In this document: one piece after another, positions 12,695-27,284 of the stretch
How positions within the stretch are numbered: position 1 is the stretch's first letter
Layout of the letters: each line of letters opens with the position of its first letter
Source: Stegostoma tigrinum
Taxonomy: Eukaryota
Assembly (NCBI RefSeq): GCF_030684315.1
Contig: NC_081397.1
Coordinates: 11,990,421 to 12,054,420, forward strand
Direction of reading: 5' to 3'
Length of the DNA: 64,000 bases
The notes under the pieces: generated by a model
Seen by the model: only the letters and a program-made list of their open reading frames with translations
Database searches by the model: none
Told to the model about the DNA's origin: nothing
Translations under genes and position numbers: made by a program

Positions 12695-13199
12695 GTATGT
12701 TCCCACTGTCACAGCAGAGAACATCCTTTCCACAGTCACGGAGCAGATTGAGTCAGACACCGTTGAACTTTAATTTCCAGTCAGACACGTTCAAACCGAC
12801 AATAAAACAACACGGAGGAATGCCACTTTATTTTGCTTCTCTCTCCATTCAAAATACCCAGTTCAAACAGATTTCACCTAACATAACCCATTGACATTTA
12901 CACCATTTTTGAAGATGGGTAGACTGAATCCTTATCCAAAGTATACCCTCAGGACTTGAAGAAAATCTGCATAGAATTACTCTGATATCAACTCCACATA
13001 ATGAATCACGCTTCCACGGATAATATTTTTGGCTGCCTGAAACCTAATCCACTTTAAGGAGTAGAAAGTGACCAGTACGCATGGATACCTAACCTCACAC
13101 ATTCGTATTGTAGGGTCAGACGAAAAAAATAGTATTTGACCATATTGATACTTCAGAAACTGCAAGTAAAAGGTTGATTAAAAATGTTCACATCGTCAC

Positions 13200-13750
13200 A
13201 TAATAGAAACTATCATGCATATATTCATTGATGTACTCGCTTTCACAGAGACTGAAACTGGCAGGAATATATTGATGATAACACTCCCAATTTCACAGAG
13301 CATCAAGTGACAGCTACAAACTTAGAACTGCAATCACAAATCCACAGAGAGACAGGCACGGATTGCTGACTGTACTCAAATATTCAGAGTAGGTTCTCAC
13401 AGGTACATCTTGGTAACTGGACGCTCAAATTGACAGAGAAGCAAATGATAGGTGCATGTTGCTTTCATGCACATATCCAAATGGACGAACTTGACAGGAA
13501 CAGATTGATAACAACCTTGAACATAGCGAGAACTGCAGATGCTGGAATCAGCCTTCCCAGTTACACACAGCATAAACTGACTGACATGTACAGTTTGATA
13601 ATTACTCTCATTCACAGAGCGGAATCTGAAACGTCCTTATTGATAACTGTACTCACATGGCCACCAAGCGGAAACTGACAGAGTTTGATCACAGTGACAG
13701 TTAAATTGCGGAAATTGACAGATACATGTTGATAATTACTTTCACACTTG
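13200..13750 (+). repeat. Degenerate ~49-bp minisatellite array
   Basis: Repeats of approx. CACAGAGCAGAAACTGACAGGTACAGATTGATAACTACACTCACATATT. Confidence 0.75.
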
Positions 13751-13789
13751 CCTTGCAGGTAATGTCAGGGTCAGTTCATTAAATACGAT

Positions 13790-14500
13790 GCTGTTGACTT
13801 GCTCACTGAGCTTGTAAGTTTGTTCACAGACATTTCATCACCATACGACATAACATCATCAGTGCACCGTGAATGAAACGTTGGTATTCTGTCCTTCTTG
13901 CTATTTATGTGCCTCACTTTGCTGGGGTGGTGAGCAACACTTCCAGATTGGTTTCTTAGTGGTTGGTGTGTGGTGTCCAGCTGGCCATGTTTGTTAATGG
14001 AGCTCTAGTTTGAACTCTCGTGCATGTCTTTGGTTGGGATGTCTTCTGATGGCTACCTTGTCCCAGTCAAACAGGTGTCCCTCTTTATCCATGCGCATTA
14101 AGGTGAGTGATAGTTGGCCATGACTTTTGGCAGCGAGTTGATGTCCATGAATCCTGATGGCGGGTTTTCTCCCGGTTTGCCTTGGGTAAGATTTATGGCA
14201 GTATTTGCATGGTATCTTGTAAATCGCATTGGTTCTGCTAATTGTGAATGTTGGATCCTTCATTCTCAACAGCGGCTGTCAGTTCGTGGGCTATCATGAT
14301 TCTTACGTGGTAGTGTAACCTGGTGGTTATTTCACACCCTCAGTGCATAGTCTGGTGACTACTATCACTGGATGTGTTGTGTCTTCCTGTTGCCATCAGT
14401 TGTGTAGCATCTGCGAACAATGCATTTTGAGTAACTGTCATTTCTAAAGACACTATCAGTGTTCTTCCTTGGCTTTATGAAACTCCGGGATGCTGCAGTG
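13790..14500 (-). mobile_element. Penelope-like element, decayed GIY-YIG region
   Basis: NAIYKIPCKYCHKSYPRQTGRKPAIRIHGH. Confidence 0.85.
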
Positions 14501-14519
14501 TGTTGTGGCTCACTTGAAC

Positions 14520-15570
14520 AGGGAAAGCTAGCTCATTGGATTCAAAATTGGCTTGATGGTACAAAGCAGAGGGTGACAGTTGAAGATTCTTTCTCGGACT
14601 GGAGGCCTGTGACTTGTGGTGTGCCACAGGGATTGGTGCTGGGACCTTTGTTATTTGTTATTGACATAAATGATCTGGATGTGAATGTGCAAAGCATGAT
14701 TAGTAAGTTTACAGATGATGCAATGTTAGGCAGTATCGTTCATAGTGGGGAAGGTTATCGAAAATTACAGAGGGATCTTAATCAGATGGGGAAGTGGGCT
14801 AAGGATGGGAAAATGCAATTCAATGGAGATAAGTGTGAGGTGTTGTACTTTGGAATGTCAAACTACAGTAAGCCTTTTACAGCAAATGGTAACGTCCTGA
14901 GTAGTGATGTGGTACAGAGGGTCCAAGGAGTACAGGTACGTAGTATGTTTAAAGCAGTGTCACAGGTGGATAGGGTGCTGAAGAAGGAATTCAGCATGCT
15001 GGCCTTCATTGATCGAGGCATTTTGAATAGACATGGAGTATTGTGTACAGTTTTGGTCACCCTGTTGTAAAAAAGACCGAGTTCAACTAGAAAGCGTTCA
15101 AAGAAAATTTATGCAGGACTAGTGGTCCTGGGTTATGGTGAGATGTTGGCCAGGGTAGGACTTTATTTCTTGGACCGTAGGAGAATGAAGTGTGACCTTA
15201 TTCAGATGTATAAAATCATGAGCACCATAGGTCGGATAAATGCATATCATGTTTGTTTTTTTTCCCCCACAGATGAGGAATTGAAAACTAGAGGGCACAG
15301 GTTTCAGGTGAGAGGGGGCAAGAATTTAGGAAGGACCTGAGGGGTGCCAACTTCACAGAGAGAGTGGAGCACGTGTGGAATCAGCTGCCAGAGAAAGTTG
15401 TTGAGGCAGGCACAATATCAACACTTAAAAAAAAATGAACATGTACATGGATGGGAAGGATGTAGAGGGATATAATGTGGGCAGTTGGATCCAGCTGAGT
15501 GGGCACCACGGTCATCATGAACCAGTTTGGGTGGAAGGGCCTGTGTCCGTACTGTATTACTATATGACCA
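14520..15570 (+). mobile_element. CR1 LINE reverse-transcriptase fragment
   Basis: GVPQGLVLGPLLFVIDINDLD...SKFTDD. Confidence 0.92.
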
Positions 15571-17665
15571 TAAGACGTAGGAGCCGAAATCAGGCTATTT
15601 GGCCCATCAAGTCTGCTCCGCCATTCAATCATGACTGAGATGTTCCTTTAGCCAATTCTCCTGCCTTCTTCCCATAACCTTGATCCCCTTGATAATCAAA
15701 AACCTATCTATCTCACCCTTAAATGTACACAATAACCCGGCCTCCACAGCCTTCTGTGGCAGTGAATTCCATTGATTCAGCACTCTCTGGCTGAAGAAGT
15801 TTCTCCTTATCTCTGTTCTAAAATGTCTTCCGTTTACTTGAAGGCTGTGCCCTTGGGTCCTAGTCTCTCCTACCAATGGAAGGATCTTCCCAACATCCAC
15901 TCTGTCCAGGCATTCAGTAGTCTAAGTTTTGATTATCATCCTTCTAAACTCCAAAGAGTACAGTCCCAGAATCCTCAACATTGCTCATATGTTCAGCTTT
16001 TCATTCCTGGGACCATTCCCGTGAACCTCCTCTGAACCTGCTCCAGGGGCAGTACATCCTTCCTGAGATATGGGGCCCAAAACTGCACATGCTACTTCAA
16101 ATGTGGCCTGACTCGAGTCTTCCAAAGCCTCATAAGCACATCCTTTTTTTTTTAAACATCTTCAAGACCATAAGTCATAGGAGTGGAAGTAAGGCCATTC
16201 GGCCCATCAAGCCCATTCCACCATTTAAATCAAGGCTGGGCATTTCAACTCCACTTCCCTGCACTCTCCCTGTAGCCCTTGATTCCTTGTGAGATCAAGA
16301 ATTTGTTAATCTCTGCCTTGAAGTCCTGGCAAAATAAATGCCAGTATTGCAGTTGCCTTCCTGACTACTGACTCAAACTGTGAGTTTACCGTGAGAGATT
16401 CCTGGAGTTGAACTCCCAAGTCTCTTTGTACGCAAGACTTCTGAATTTTCTGCCCATTTAGAAAAGAGTCTATGCTTTTATTCTGGAGGGAGGATGGTAA
16501 CTTCTTCAGGTCAGGCATCCCTGGAAGACGCTTTGCAGTGAAGTTAAAATTGTATCAGAGATAATGGTGACTGCAGATGCTGGAGAATCCGGACAAACCT
16601 CAGGGGATCTCTACACCACTGCAACTCTAGATTCCCCTCCACCTACCTCCTCCTCTATCCATCTTTGATCCACCTCCCAGTCTGTCCCTATTTATTTCAG
16701 AGCCCTCTTCCCCCTCCCACATTTCTGATCAAGGGTCTCGGCCCGAAACGTCAGCTTTTGTGCTCCTGAGATGCTGTTTGGCCTGCTGTGTTCATCCAGC
16801 TCCACACTTTTTTTTTAATCTCGGATTCTCCAGCATCTGCAGTTATCATTATCTCTCATGCTTTTATTCTCCTTAGCCAAGTGCATGACCTCACACTTTC
16901 CCACATTGTACTCCATCTACCACTTCTTTGCCCACTCACCTAACCTGTCCATTTCATAGTGCAGCCTCAGCACCTCAATACTACCTGTCACTCTACCTAT
17001 TGTTGTATCATCTGCAAATGTAGTCAGAATGCAAACAGTTCCTTCATCCAGATCATTAATGTATAAAGCATGCCTTTTATCCCCACTCTCTGCTTTCTGC
17101 CAGGCAGCCAATCTTCTATCCATGCTAGCACCATGGGCCCTTATGTTACTCAACAGCCTCCTGTGCGGCAGCTTGCCAAGGGGCTTTTCGAAGCCCAGGT
17201 AGATAACATCCATTGGCTCTCCTTGGTCTACCCTGCTTGTTACTTCCTTAAAGGATTTAAGCAGATTTGCCAGGCATGACTTCCCCTTGATGAAACCGTG
17301 CCTGGAGTGTTGGAGGCTGTGTTTATAAAATTTAGTGGTGTGGAAAGGGTGCATAATCAAGATCTTTTCCCCAGGATAGAAGAATGCAAAATGAGAGGGC
17401 ATGGGTTTAAGTGACTGGGAAAGTCTTAAAATGAACCAAAGGTGTGCAATATTTGCACACAGAGTGGTGTGTGAATGGGTTGAATGCCAAAAGAAGTGCT
17501 GGAGGCTCTTACAACTACAACGTTTTAAAGGCATGTGGATGAGTATATGAATAGGAAGTGTTTCGTGGGATATGGACCAAATGCTAGTAAATGGAACTAG
17601 ATTAATCTCGGATATGTGCTCTCCATGGACGAGGTGGACCCTGTACATCTCTCGGACTGTATGAC
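15570..17665. mobile_element. Nested CR1 fragments (mostly minus) with a Penelope terminal repeat at about 16557-16856
   Basis: RNFFSQRVLNQWNSLPQKAVEA; HGFIKGKSCLANLL; FADDT; hammerhead variant CTGATCA near 16724. Confidence 0.85.
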
Positions 17666-18070
17666 GGGGACTGATTTATGAGAGAATAATCATCATTCAT
17701 ACTGCCTAAACAGACAGGGACAGATCGAGAACTGCACTCCCATTCTCATAATGCAGAGACTGACAGATATTCGGCAAAGTGTCCCTCAATAAACCCGAAT
17801 GTCTGAACAATACAATCCTGCCCACAGCCTAATAAGGAAATCTCAGCTAGTGATGAAACAAGGTAACATTTCACTCACAAAAGATTACTATGAGCAGAAT
17901 AAAACACCCTGTCACAATTAAAATCTCGGAGGTAGTGTTCAAAATGTTAGTGGATGACAGGAACAAGTTCAACTGCAAGGAGCTAGGAATTTGGTCCGTG
18001 TACAAAATTTCGGTTTGTGTTTCACATTTCGTTGCAGATCCGAACAGATCCACTTTGTGTTTCACACTAA

Positions 18071-18184
18071 CCAATCACAGAAAGGCTAATCGCATGGTCT
18101 GACATTCTTGTAAACTACCCAATCAGGAACAAGACTTTTCCCCCATCCCTCATGAGCATTGCTGACGCCAGCAGCGTATAAAAA
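18071..18184 (+). promoter_or_regulatory. H2B promoter
   Basis: CCAAT twice (about 18071 and 18119), CRE half-site TGACG (18163), TATAAAA (18177); the octamer-like site reads ATGAGCAT (18152). Confidence 0.75.
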
Positions 18185-18234
18185 GCGAGCTCCGAGCCTG
18201 CTTCCGTTTATTGTATCTGAAAGCGACCGACACG

Positions 18235-18615
18235 ATGCCGGATGAGAAGAAAGCGCAGGCAACTTCCAAGAAGGGCGCCAAGAAAATCATCAAGAAGGCG
18301 CCGGGGAAAGGCGGCAAGACAAAGAAACGATCCAGGAAAGAAAGTTACGCCATCTACATCTATAAAGTGATGAAGCAGGTTCACCCCGACACCGGCATCT
18401 CCTCCAAGGCGATGAGCATCATGAACTCGTTCGTCAAGGATATTTTCGAGCGTATCGCAGGGGAGGCTTCCCGCCTGGCCCATTACAACAAGCGCAGGAC
18501 CATCAGCTCCCGGGAGATCCAGACCGCGGTGCGGCTGCTGCTGCCTGGGGAGCTGGCCAAGCACGCCGTGTCGGAGGGTACAAAGGCGGTGACCAAGTAC
18601 ACCAGCTCCAAGTGA
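18235..18615 (+). CDS. H2B: Histone H2B (126 aa), with N67K relative to canonical
   Basis: MPDEKK...[14 protein letters not shown]...AVTKYTSSK; true ATG at 18235. Confidence 0.97.
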   Translation: MPDEKKAQATSKKGAKKIIKKAPGKGGKTKKRSRKESYAIYIYKVMKQVHPDTGISSKAMSIMNSFVKDIFERIAGEASRLAHYNKRRTISSREIQTAVRLLLPGELAKHAVSEGTKAVTKYTSSK

Positions 18616-18658
18616 GACCCCACATTGTGCTGAGAAAAACACACATCCAAAACCCAAC

Positions 18659-18674
18659 GGCTCTTTTCAGAGCC
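18659..18674 (+). terminator. H2B 3' stem-loop
   Basis: GGCTCTTTTCAGAGCC followed by ACCCA; weak HDE AAGCAGTTG at about 18691. Confidence 0.95.
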
Positions 18675-20464
18675 ACCCACAATTTCAATGAAGCAGTTGA
18701 ACCATTTTACGTTTGTAAATGATTCTCGGTGTCTATAATTAATGTCCCTAATCTTTATCTTTGTTTACACAAACGTTCTAAACATTAACGTGCGGTCCCT
18801 GTCCCTCTGTCGGTTAGTTTCGGTTGCCTTCCTACCCAGTCTCTCCTCCCTCCCTGTACAGAAAGCACATTCATCGTCACTCAGGCATTTTTTTTTCAAC
18901 AACTCCTTTGTGTTCCAGTTATTATTTACCCCTTGATCAGGAATTTCACCCCCTGGAAAGAAAACTAACTGCTCGAGTCCCACGAACAGATGTTGGGGGA
19001 TACTTGTCATTGAGGATATCAGCTGTCGGTGAGAGGCTTTCAAAATGAGCTGAGATAAAGCCCGAGCCAGGATTGCAGTCGCAAGTGTGAAACTGTGTTC
19101 AAGGAGAATATGGGAGGGCAACTTCAAACTATTGTTTCAAGTTTTAACCCGTTCACCCCGAAAAACTTTGTGTAAGTTTTTATAAATACATCAGCGTGCA
19201 CTTGTAATGTGAAAGTGAACTAAATTCAAAGAAAAATTAAACTGTTTATTCCTCTTTGTGAAACTTTTCCCCCTATATCCTACATGTTGGAGGGTTTTTC
19301 AAATTTGTCCCAATGGGGGTATGAACGCTGGATTTCACCCGTGGCAATGAAAAATTATGATCTCTTATTTGAGTCCCATTAAGAGAAATGCCGCGCGATT
19401 CCTTTTTCAATTTCCAAATTGTCAGGGAATTTTTCCGATTTTTTTTTTTCAGTTTGCAGTGTGTGGGGCTTTTTGCTGTCGGTGAGAGGCTTTCAAAATG
19501 AACCGAGACCGTCCGGAAAGACTGATCCAGCACAATAAGTGAGGGCTATTTTACAATGTTTTCGGAAAACGGTGTTGCTTCGGGAGTGACAGAGAGAGAT
19601 TATGTGAAGTGAACATTTTTAACTGAAAGGAAATTAAATCGTAAGCATTAACGCAAAAATCCTTGTGAAACCTCTTCCTCGTATTGCCCATATTGGCGGG
19701 CTTTTCAAATCGGACAGAAAACGGTTGATGATTTGGCGCCGGTATTTTCCTACGGTTTTCACGCAGAGGAATTTTGTTTTATTTTCAAATCTCCCCGCGG
19801 GTTCTATCCGGTTTTTCAGAAAGCTGGAAATGAGGCTTTCTGCAGTCGGCGGGAAAATTTCCAAGTGAACTGAGATAAAAGCAGAACAGCTGCCGGACTG
19901 GCATCACAAAAGTGGAAATATTGTTGATCTTGTGCAATAGGGAGCGAGATTGTAAAATATTGTTTAAAGCAGTATTGAGTTCAACGAGAAAGAAACAGTT
20001 GTGTGATACTTTTATCATTATATCCGGGTGGAGATGTGAATTAAATTCTATCTGTGCAGAGAATAACTTTCGGCGGGCTTTTCTTTCCCCCTTCCGCTTA
20101 ATGTTAAGTTTTTTCGCGGGGTGGGGGGAATTCAAGATCAAAAATAGTTGGTTTCAACTAGGCCGGGAAATCAGAGAGAGATGGTGTGACGTATATAGGA
20201 GTATTCTAAAAGTAAATTATCCGAAGTAAGAACGCATTCTTCTTTGTAAAACTTCTACCCATTTCGAAATTATTGGCGGGCTTCTCCAGTTTTAAAGAAA
20301 GCGGTTGATGATTTGGCGCCGGGATTTTCCGGCCTCCTGCCCGGGCCCTCTCCGGATTGGTGAGGGAAGCAGATATCTGATTGGGCATTGAAACGACATT
20401 AGGAGATACTGAACAATGTGACCAATCAGCAATGGCCGCACCCCCATTCCTCCCGAAGGTATAA

Positions 20465-20917
<453 letters not shown>

Positions 20918-20945
20918 AGACACTTCTTGAATCTGACAACCCAAA

Positions 20946-20961
20946 GGCTCTTTTAAGAGCC
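20946..20961 (+). terminator. H2A 3' stem-loop
   Basis: GGCTCTTTTAAGAGCC followed by ACCCA; HDE-like AAAAGCAGCT at about 20978. Confidence 0.95.
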
Positions 20962-21662
20962 ACCCACAATATCAGTGAAAAGCAGCTAGACTTTCACTGC
21001 TGGCTAACTAATTTTCATTTTATGTGCAAACACGGTCCTCTAAACGCGCAAAAATCATCCCTTTTGTTTTCGCTTTAACAGTGATAAAACTAGAACGGGA
21101 CGAATAAAGTTGGAGGGTTTGCTGCAGGGACAGCGACTGCGACTTTAAATAGTGACTCAAAGCGGTATCCCCATTCAGGGAACATGAGACATGGAATAGC
21201 TCGGCCCCAGAAAGATGCCATGCGAGACAGAACCGACCATCCTCAGAGGATCGAATACACTTGTGGGAGATTGGGCAAAATTTCGATTGCATGGCCAAAA
21301 CTACAAAAATCATTTGTGTAATGTGGCGGGTTTTGAAATTGGCGATTGTTTCCCACCCTGCTTCTGCGGCAAGTTCAGTTACAGCTGGCGAAACGCCACG
21401 GGAAGCAATTCCCACACAGGCGGTCCAATTGGAAATGTATCAATTATAAAGGTTGGAATGCAGTACTTGAATTTGTTGTGATTACTGAAAATTTATAAAC
21501 CTGATTGTCCCGAGTTGCCTCGTCTTCAATATCAATTCGTGCATCCCAGACCCATTCATTTTCTGTAAGTCCTGTTGCATTGAGACATCAATAGCATGCT
21601 GTGTGTTGACATTAACTAAAGTCCAGTGCCTGACGATTGCTGCTCTCTCGGGACAGTTTAGT

Positions 21663-21678
21663 GGCTCTGAAAAGAGCC
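21663..21678 (-). terminator. H3 3' stem-loop
   Basis: GGCTCTTTTCAGAGCC on minus; HDE GAGAGAGCAG at about 21640-21649. Confidence 0.95.
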
Positions 21679-21722
21679 GTTGTGTTTCTCGGGGTCAATG
21701 TACAGGGCCGGGCACGCTCCGT

Positions 21723-22160
<438 letters not shown>

Positions 22161-22691
22161 CTATCAATGCTGATCGTGCTGCGGCGCTGCCTATTTAAGG
22201 GAATGGAGAGCCCGCCCAAGAGCTGGGATTGGATACAGTCCCGTCCCTCAAATCCCCGAGAAACAGCCACTGAAGGACAGAAAAGGCAGTAAAATAATTA
22301 TTGGAGGCTGATTGGTTAACTTCAAATGACAGTTGGTCAATTTCAAATCGCCCGCCGATTTCAGCCTGAGCTTACATAATATTAAAAAGCAAGGTCCCAT
22401 GCGCCTGCGCCTAAGATGATATCTTATGCTTTACAAAATTTTCTTGTGAACCTAACTTGCAGTCAGCGCGGAGTGGGCTCTGAATCATTTCCTGACCATC
22501 TCTAACAGGCAGGTGGAATGAACACGCCACTAAAACCTCGGCACGGCTACCAGAATCAAAACTGAACAAATTATCATTCCTGGGAGCGTCAATGAAGTAC
22601 AAACACAGTAGTATATATCATTAGCGCCTGGGCCCAAAGTTACGGACAGAGCAAATTATTATTCATGGTATGGACAGCTGGTGTTGTTATT

Positions 22692-22719
22692 CTGATGAAG
22701 GGTCTAGGCCCGAAACGTC
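22692..22719 (+). ncRNA. Minimal hammerhead ribozyme motif in a solo Penelope terminal repeat (22692-22808), between H3 and H4
   Basis: CTGATGA-AGGGTCTAGGCCC-GAAACGTC: intact core boxes, stem II, GUC triplet. Confidence 0.75.
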
Positions 22720-23172
22720 AGCTTTTGTGCTCCTGAGATGCTGCTGTGTTCATCCATCCTCACATTTTATTATCTTGGATTCTCCAGCATCTGCAGTTCC
22801 CATTATCACTGGTGTTATTACTGATAGACTGGTATTCACATGGAAGAGAATCAAAGATTTAGGGTTGAGAAACAGATCAGCCATGGTCGCATGACGGAGC
22901 CGGCCGCTCCTTCTGTATCTGACATAACCAGCTGCAGAACCGTATCGTATCGACTGGCCGTGAAACCTCTATCTGTAGTGCAGGGATATCTTGATTATAA
23001 AACACGTTACTGCAGACAGTATAATTTAACAATCTTGCTCTCTCTCTTGCAACGCGGGACACGAAGTTAATATATTTCCTAAAGGCTTGGTGCAAAATTA
23101 AAAGTCGCTGCACCAGCCCAATGTGCTGGTTCCCCATCCTCAGGTCTCCGCTCTCAGGCGGAGGGTTTGGGT

Positions 23173-23188
23173 GGCTCTGAAAAGAGCC
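23173..23188 (-). terminator. H4 3' stem-loop
   Basis: CCAAA-GGCTCTTTTCAGAGCC-ACCCA on minus. Confidence 0.95.
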
Positions 23189-23218
23189 TTTGGGTTCGCT
23201 GGAAAAGGGTTGATTTGC

Positions 23219-23539
<321 letters not shown>

Positions 23540-24019
23540 TCACTCCAATCGCTGCCGAGTGAGAGCCGAGCTGCCTCGCCTTCCATTTTTATACAGCCCG
23601 CCCCGACCTGACTGAGAAACAGCTGACAGGGAGTGAGAGGATACCCGGGCAGAAAACTGAGTGACACACAGAGAAATGTCCAGCTCCGCCTACAGCTGAC
23701 TGCCGCCCCCAACTGGATCTGGAACTAAACCTTTTCTCCACAAGCGCAGTGAACACAAGGCCCGGCAGAAAACCTGCAGACTCAAACTTCTATTCAAAGA
23801 TAATAAAACCTGGATATTTTAAAAGCAAGATGACAAAGTATGAAGCTGGATGAACACAGCAGGCCAAGCAGCATCTCAGGAGCACAAAAGCTGATATCAC
23901 TGATACAATTTTAAAAGCAGAGATAATGGGAACTGCAGATGCTGGAGAATTCCAAGATAGTAAAATGTGAGGCTGGATGAACACAGCAGGCCAAGCAGCA
24001 TCTCAGGAGCACAAAAGCT

Positions 24020-24047
24020 GACGTTTCGGGCCTGGACCCTTCATCAG
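24020..24047 (-). ncRNA. Minimal hammerhead ribozyme motif
   Basis: CTGATGA-AGGGTCCAGGCCC-GAAACGTC on minus. Confidence 0.75.
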
Positions 24048-25323
24048 AGAGGGGGATGGGGAGAGGGAACTGGAATAAATAGGGAGAGAGGGGGAGGCGG
24101 GCCGAAGATGGAGAGTAAAGAAGATAGGTGGAGAGAGTATAGGTGGGGAGGTAGGAAGGGGATAGGTCAGTCCAGGGAAGACGGACAGGTCAAGGAGGTG
24201 GGATGAGGTGAGTAGGTAGATGGGGGTGCGGATTGGGGTGGGAGGAAGGGATGGGTGAGAGGGAGAACCGGTTAGGGAGGCAGAGGCAGGTTGGACTGGT
24301 TTTGGGATGCAGTGGGTGGGGGGGAAGAGATGGTCTGGTTGTGTGGTGCAGTGGGGGGAGGGGATGAACTGGGCTGGTTTTGGTATGCAGTAGGGGAAGG
24401 GGAGATTTTGAAACTGGTGAAGTCCACATTGATACCATATGGCTGCAGGGTTCCCAAGCGGAATATGAGTTGCTGTTCCTGCAACCTTCGGGTGGCATCA
24501 TTGTGGCAGTGCAGGAGGCCCATGATGGACATGTCATCTAAAGAATGGGAGGGGGAGTGGAAATGGTTTGCGACTGGGAGGTGCAGTTGTTTGTTGCAAA
24601 CTGAGCGGAGGTGTTCTGCAAGGCGGTCTCCAAGCCTCCGCTTGGTTTCCCCAATGTAGAGGAAGCCGCACCGGGTACAGTGGATGCAATATACCACATT
24701 GGCAGATGTGCAGGTGAACCTCTGCTTAATGTGAAATGTCATCTTGGGGCCTGGGATAGGGGTGAGGGAGGAGGTGTGGGCTACACTTGCGTCCCAGTCA
24801 CAAACCATTTCCACTCCCCCTCCCATTCTTTAGATGACATGTCTATCATGGGCCTCCTGCACTGCCACAATGATGCCACCCGAAGGTTGCAGGAACAGCA
24901 ACTCATATTCCACCTGGGAACCCTGCAGCCTAATGGGATCAATGTGGACTTCACCAGTTTCAAAATCTCCCCTTCCCCAACTACATCCCTAAACCAGCCC
25001 AGTTCGTCCCCTCCCCCCACTGCACCACACAACCAGCCCAGCTCTTCCCCCCAACCCACTGCATCCCAAAACCAGTCCAACCTGTCTCTGCCTCCCTAAC
25101 CGGTTCTTCCTCTCACCCATCCCTTCCTCCCACCCCAAGCCGCACCCCCATCTACCTACTAACCTCATCCCACCTCCTTGACCTGTCCGTCTTCCCTGGA
25201 CTGACCTATCCCCTCCGTACTTCCCCACCTATACTCTCTCCACCGATCTTCTTTACTCTCCATCTTCAGCCCGCCTCCCCCTCTCTCCCTATTTATTCCA
25301 GAACCCTCTCCCCATCCCCCTCT

Positions 25324-25351
25324 CTGATGAAGGGTCTAGGCCCGAAACGTC
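25324..25351 (+). ncRNA. Minimal hammerhead ribozyme motif
   Basis: CTGATGA-AGGGTCTAGGCCC-GAAACGTC. Confidence 0.75.
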
Positions 25352-25599
25352 AGCTTTTGTGCTCCTGAGATGCTGCTTGGCCTGCTGTGTTCATCCAGCC
25401 TCACATTTTATTATCTTGGAATTCTCCAGCATCTGCAGTTCCCATTATCTCCAATACCAGAGAGATTCGGGATTGTAGTGGGGGTTGTAGTGATAGACCT
25501 TGCTGTTAGGGTGGATGGAGTCTATATCAAGTCTGATCAGTGTGTGTGAGGGTAAAACTGTGTCACAGAGTCGTGCAGTAAGGCATCCTTTGGCTTGGG

Positions 25600-26840
25600 C
25601 CTCAGCATCATTGTATCCTCCACTGTCAACATCCTGGGAGCTACTATGAAGGACAAATTGAACCGGACTCATCCGATAAATGCAATGGCTACAATAACAG
25701 GGCCAAGGCTATGGATACTGCAGCAAGTAACTTCCCTCCTGATTTCTCAAACCTGTCCAAAATCTCCAACATTCAAGTCAGGAATGTAAAGGTTTCCCCT
25801 CTGTAGCCCCCATTACCTGTATTAGTGCAGCTCCAACTGCACACGGCAAGCAAGGTACTATCCATGAAAAAGCTGCTCCTGGTTAATTGGCACCACATTC
25901 ACAAACATCCACTCTCTCAAATATAAAATTAGATAGCACCTACCAAACCCACAACTACTTCCATCTTGAAAGACAGCAGCAGCAGGTTCATGGGAACTGC
26001 ACGAACTGCAAGATCTTCTCCAAGACACTCACCATCCTGACTTGGAATTATATTGGCCGTTCAGTCTGTGCCAATCCGTGAAAATCCTGCAATTCCCTTA
26101 CTAATGGCAATGTGGGCCGACCTGCAGCTCAGAGATTGCAACGGTTCAGGAAGGCAGTTCACTACCACCTTCTCACGGGCATTTCAGGAGGGTCAATCAA
26201 CGCTCAGACCAGTCAGTGATGTCCACAGCTGGCATTTTTTTCTTTGAAATGTCTGCATTATTCTTGCCCAGTAACAAAGACTGTCCAAATTCTCTTAAAA
26301 CACCCAGTTGTGAAACAGAGCATAGACTGGGTAATCATTTTGCACAACATCTATGTTCTGCTTGCAAAAAAGACCTTGAACTTCCTGTTGCCTGTCACTT
26401 TAATGCACCACCCCGTTTCCAGTCCAACATCTCTGTCTCTGTCTTGCTGTAGAGTTCCATTGAAGCTCAACACAAGCTAGAAGAACAATACCTCATCTTC
26501 CACTTGGGTCCCTGCAGCCCTCCAGACCCAGTATCGAGATCAATATTTTTGGGCCTAAACTCTACCCCTCACAAGGCCTTGTTACCACATACCCTGCCAT
26601 TATCCACCACCCGCTAAGAGTTCCCATTAATTACTATTCAACATCCCAGCCTGATCGTTATCGACTCTGTCCAAGTGTTCTTCTCTCTGTTAGGCTCTAT
26701 CCTAACATTTATTCCAAACCCCATCACACTCCCCTTTTATCAGCATATAAACTGACGTTTTCCCAGCCACCATCAATTCTGCAGAAAGGTCACTGGACGC
26801 AGAATGTTAATTTTGTTTCTTTTTCCTTCTTAGATGCTGC
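25600..26840 (+). mobile_element. Old LINE 3' fragment (about 25600-26245) followed by an old Penelope GIY-YIG fragment
   Basis: LTILTWNYI-type 3' end also at about 2900, 7300 and 55700; ETEHRLGNHFAQHL...PVACHFN. Confidence 0.7.
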
Positions 26841-27284
26841 CATACATAGAACCGCTCCAGGCCATTTGGCCCAACAAGTCCTCAGCACCCGACCCAGACC
26901 TATTCCCCTACCCTTTACTTCTCATGTCTGACCCACAGAACCCAAACATCTCTGGGCACCACGGGCAATTTAGCATAGCCAATAGCATAGCTTTCACACC
27001 TTTGGACTGCGGGAGGAAGCATTCAAAATGATGCTCTAACTTTTTTTCTATATGAAAACAGTAAGGGAGGTGACATGAGCAGAACAAAACATTGGCATAT
27101 AGTTCGTAATTATGCGCCTAATCTACAGCACGCTTCATAGAATCATCATAGAATCCCTACAGTGTGGAAACAGACACTTCAGCCCAACTAAAATTCCACA
27201 CCGACCCACTGAACAGCATCCCCTCCCAGACCCATCGCACCGCCATTTCCCCGCAACCCTGCATTTCCCTTTGTCACACACAAC

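Larger units (their letters stand above)
23920..25451. mobile_element. Young Penelope-like element, two 3' ends fused back to back (about 660-bp inverted arms)
   Basis: GIY-YIG NVVYCIHCTRCGFLYIGETKRRLGDRLAEHL (minus); arms 23920-24578 and 24793-25451. Confidence 0.93.

Noticed and set aside
18211-18234. N-terminal extensions of H2B (also H2A 20474, H3 22151, H4 23533) in the ORF track
   Set aside because: Non-ATG starts, or an ATG too close to the TATA box; the canonical starts are downstream.
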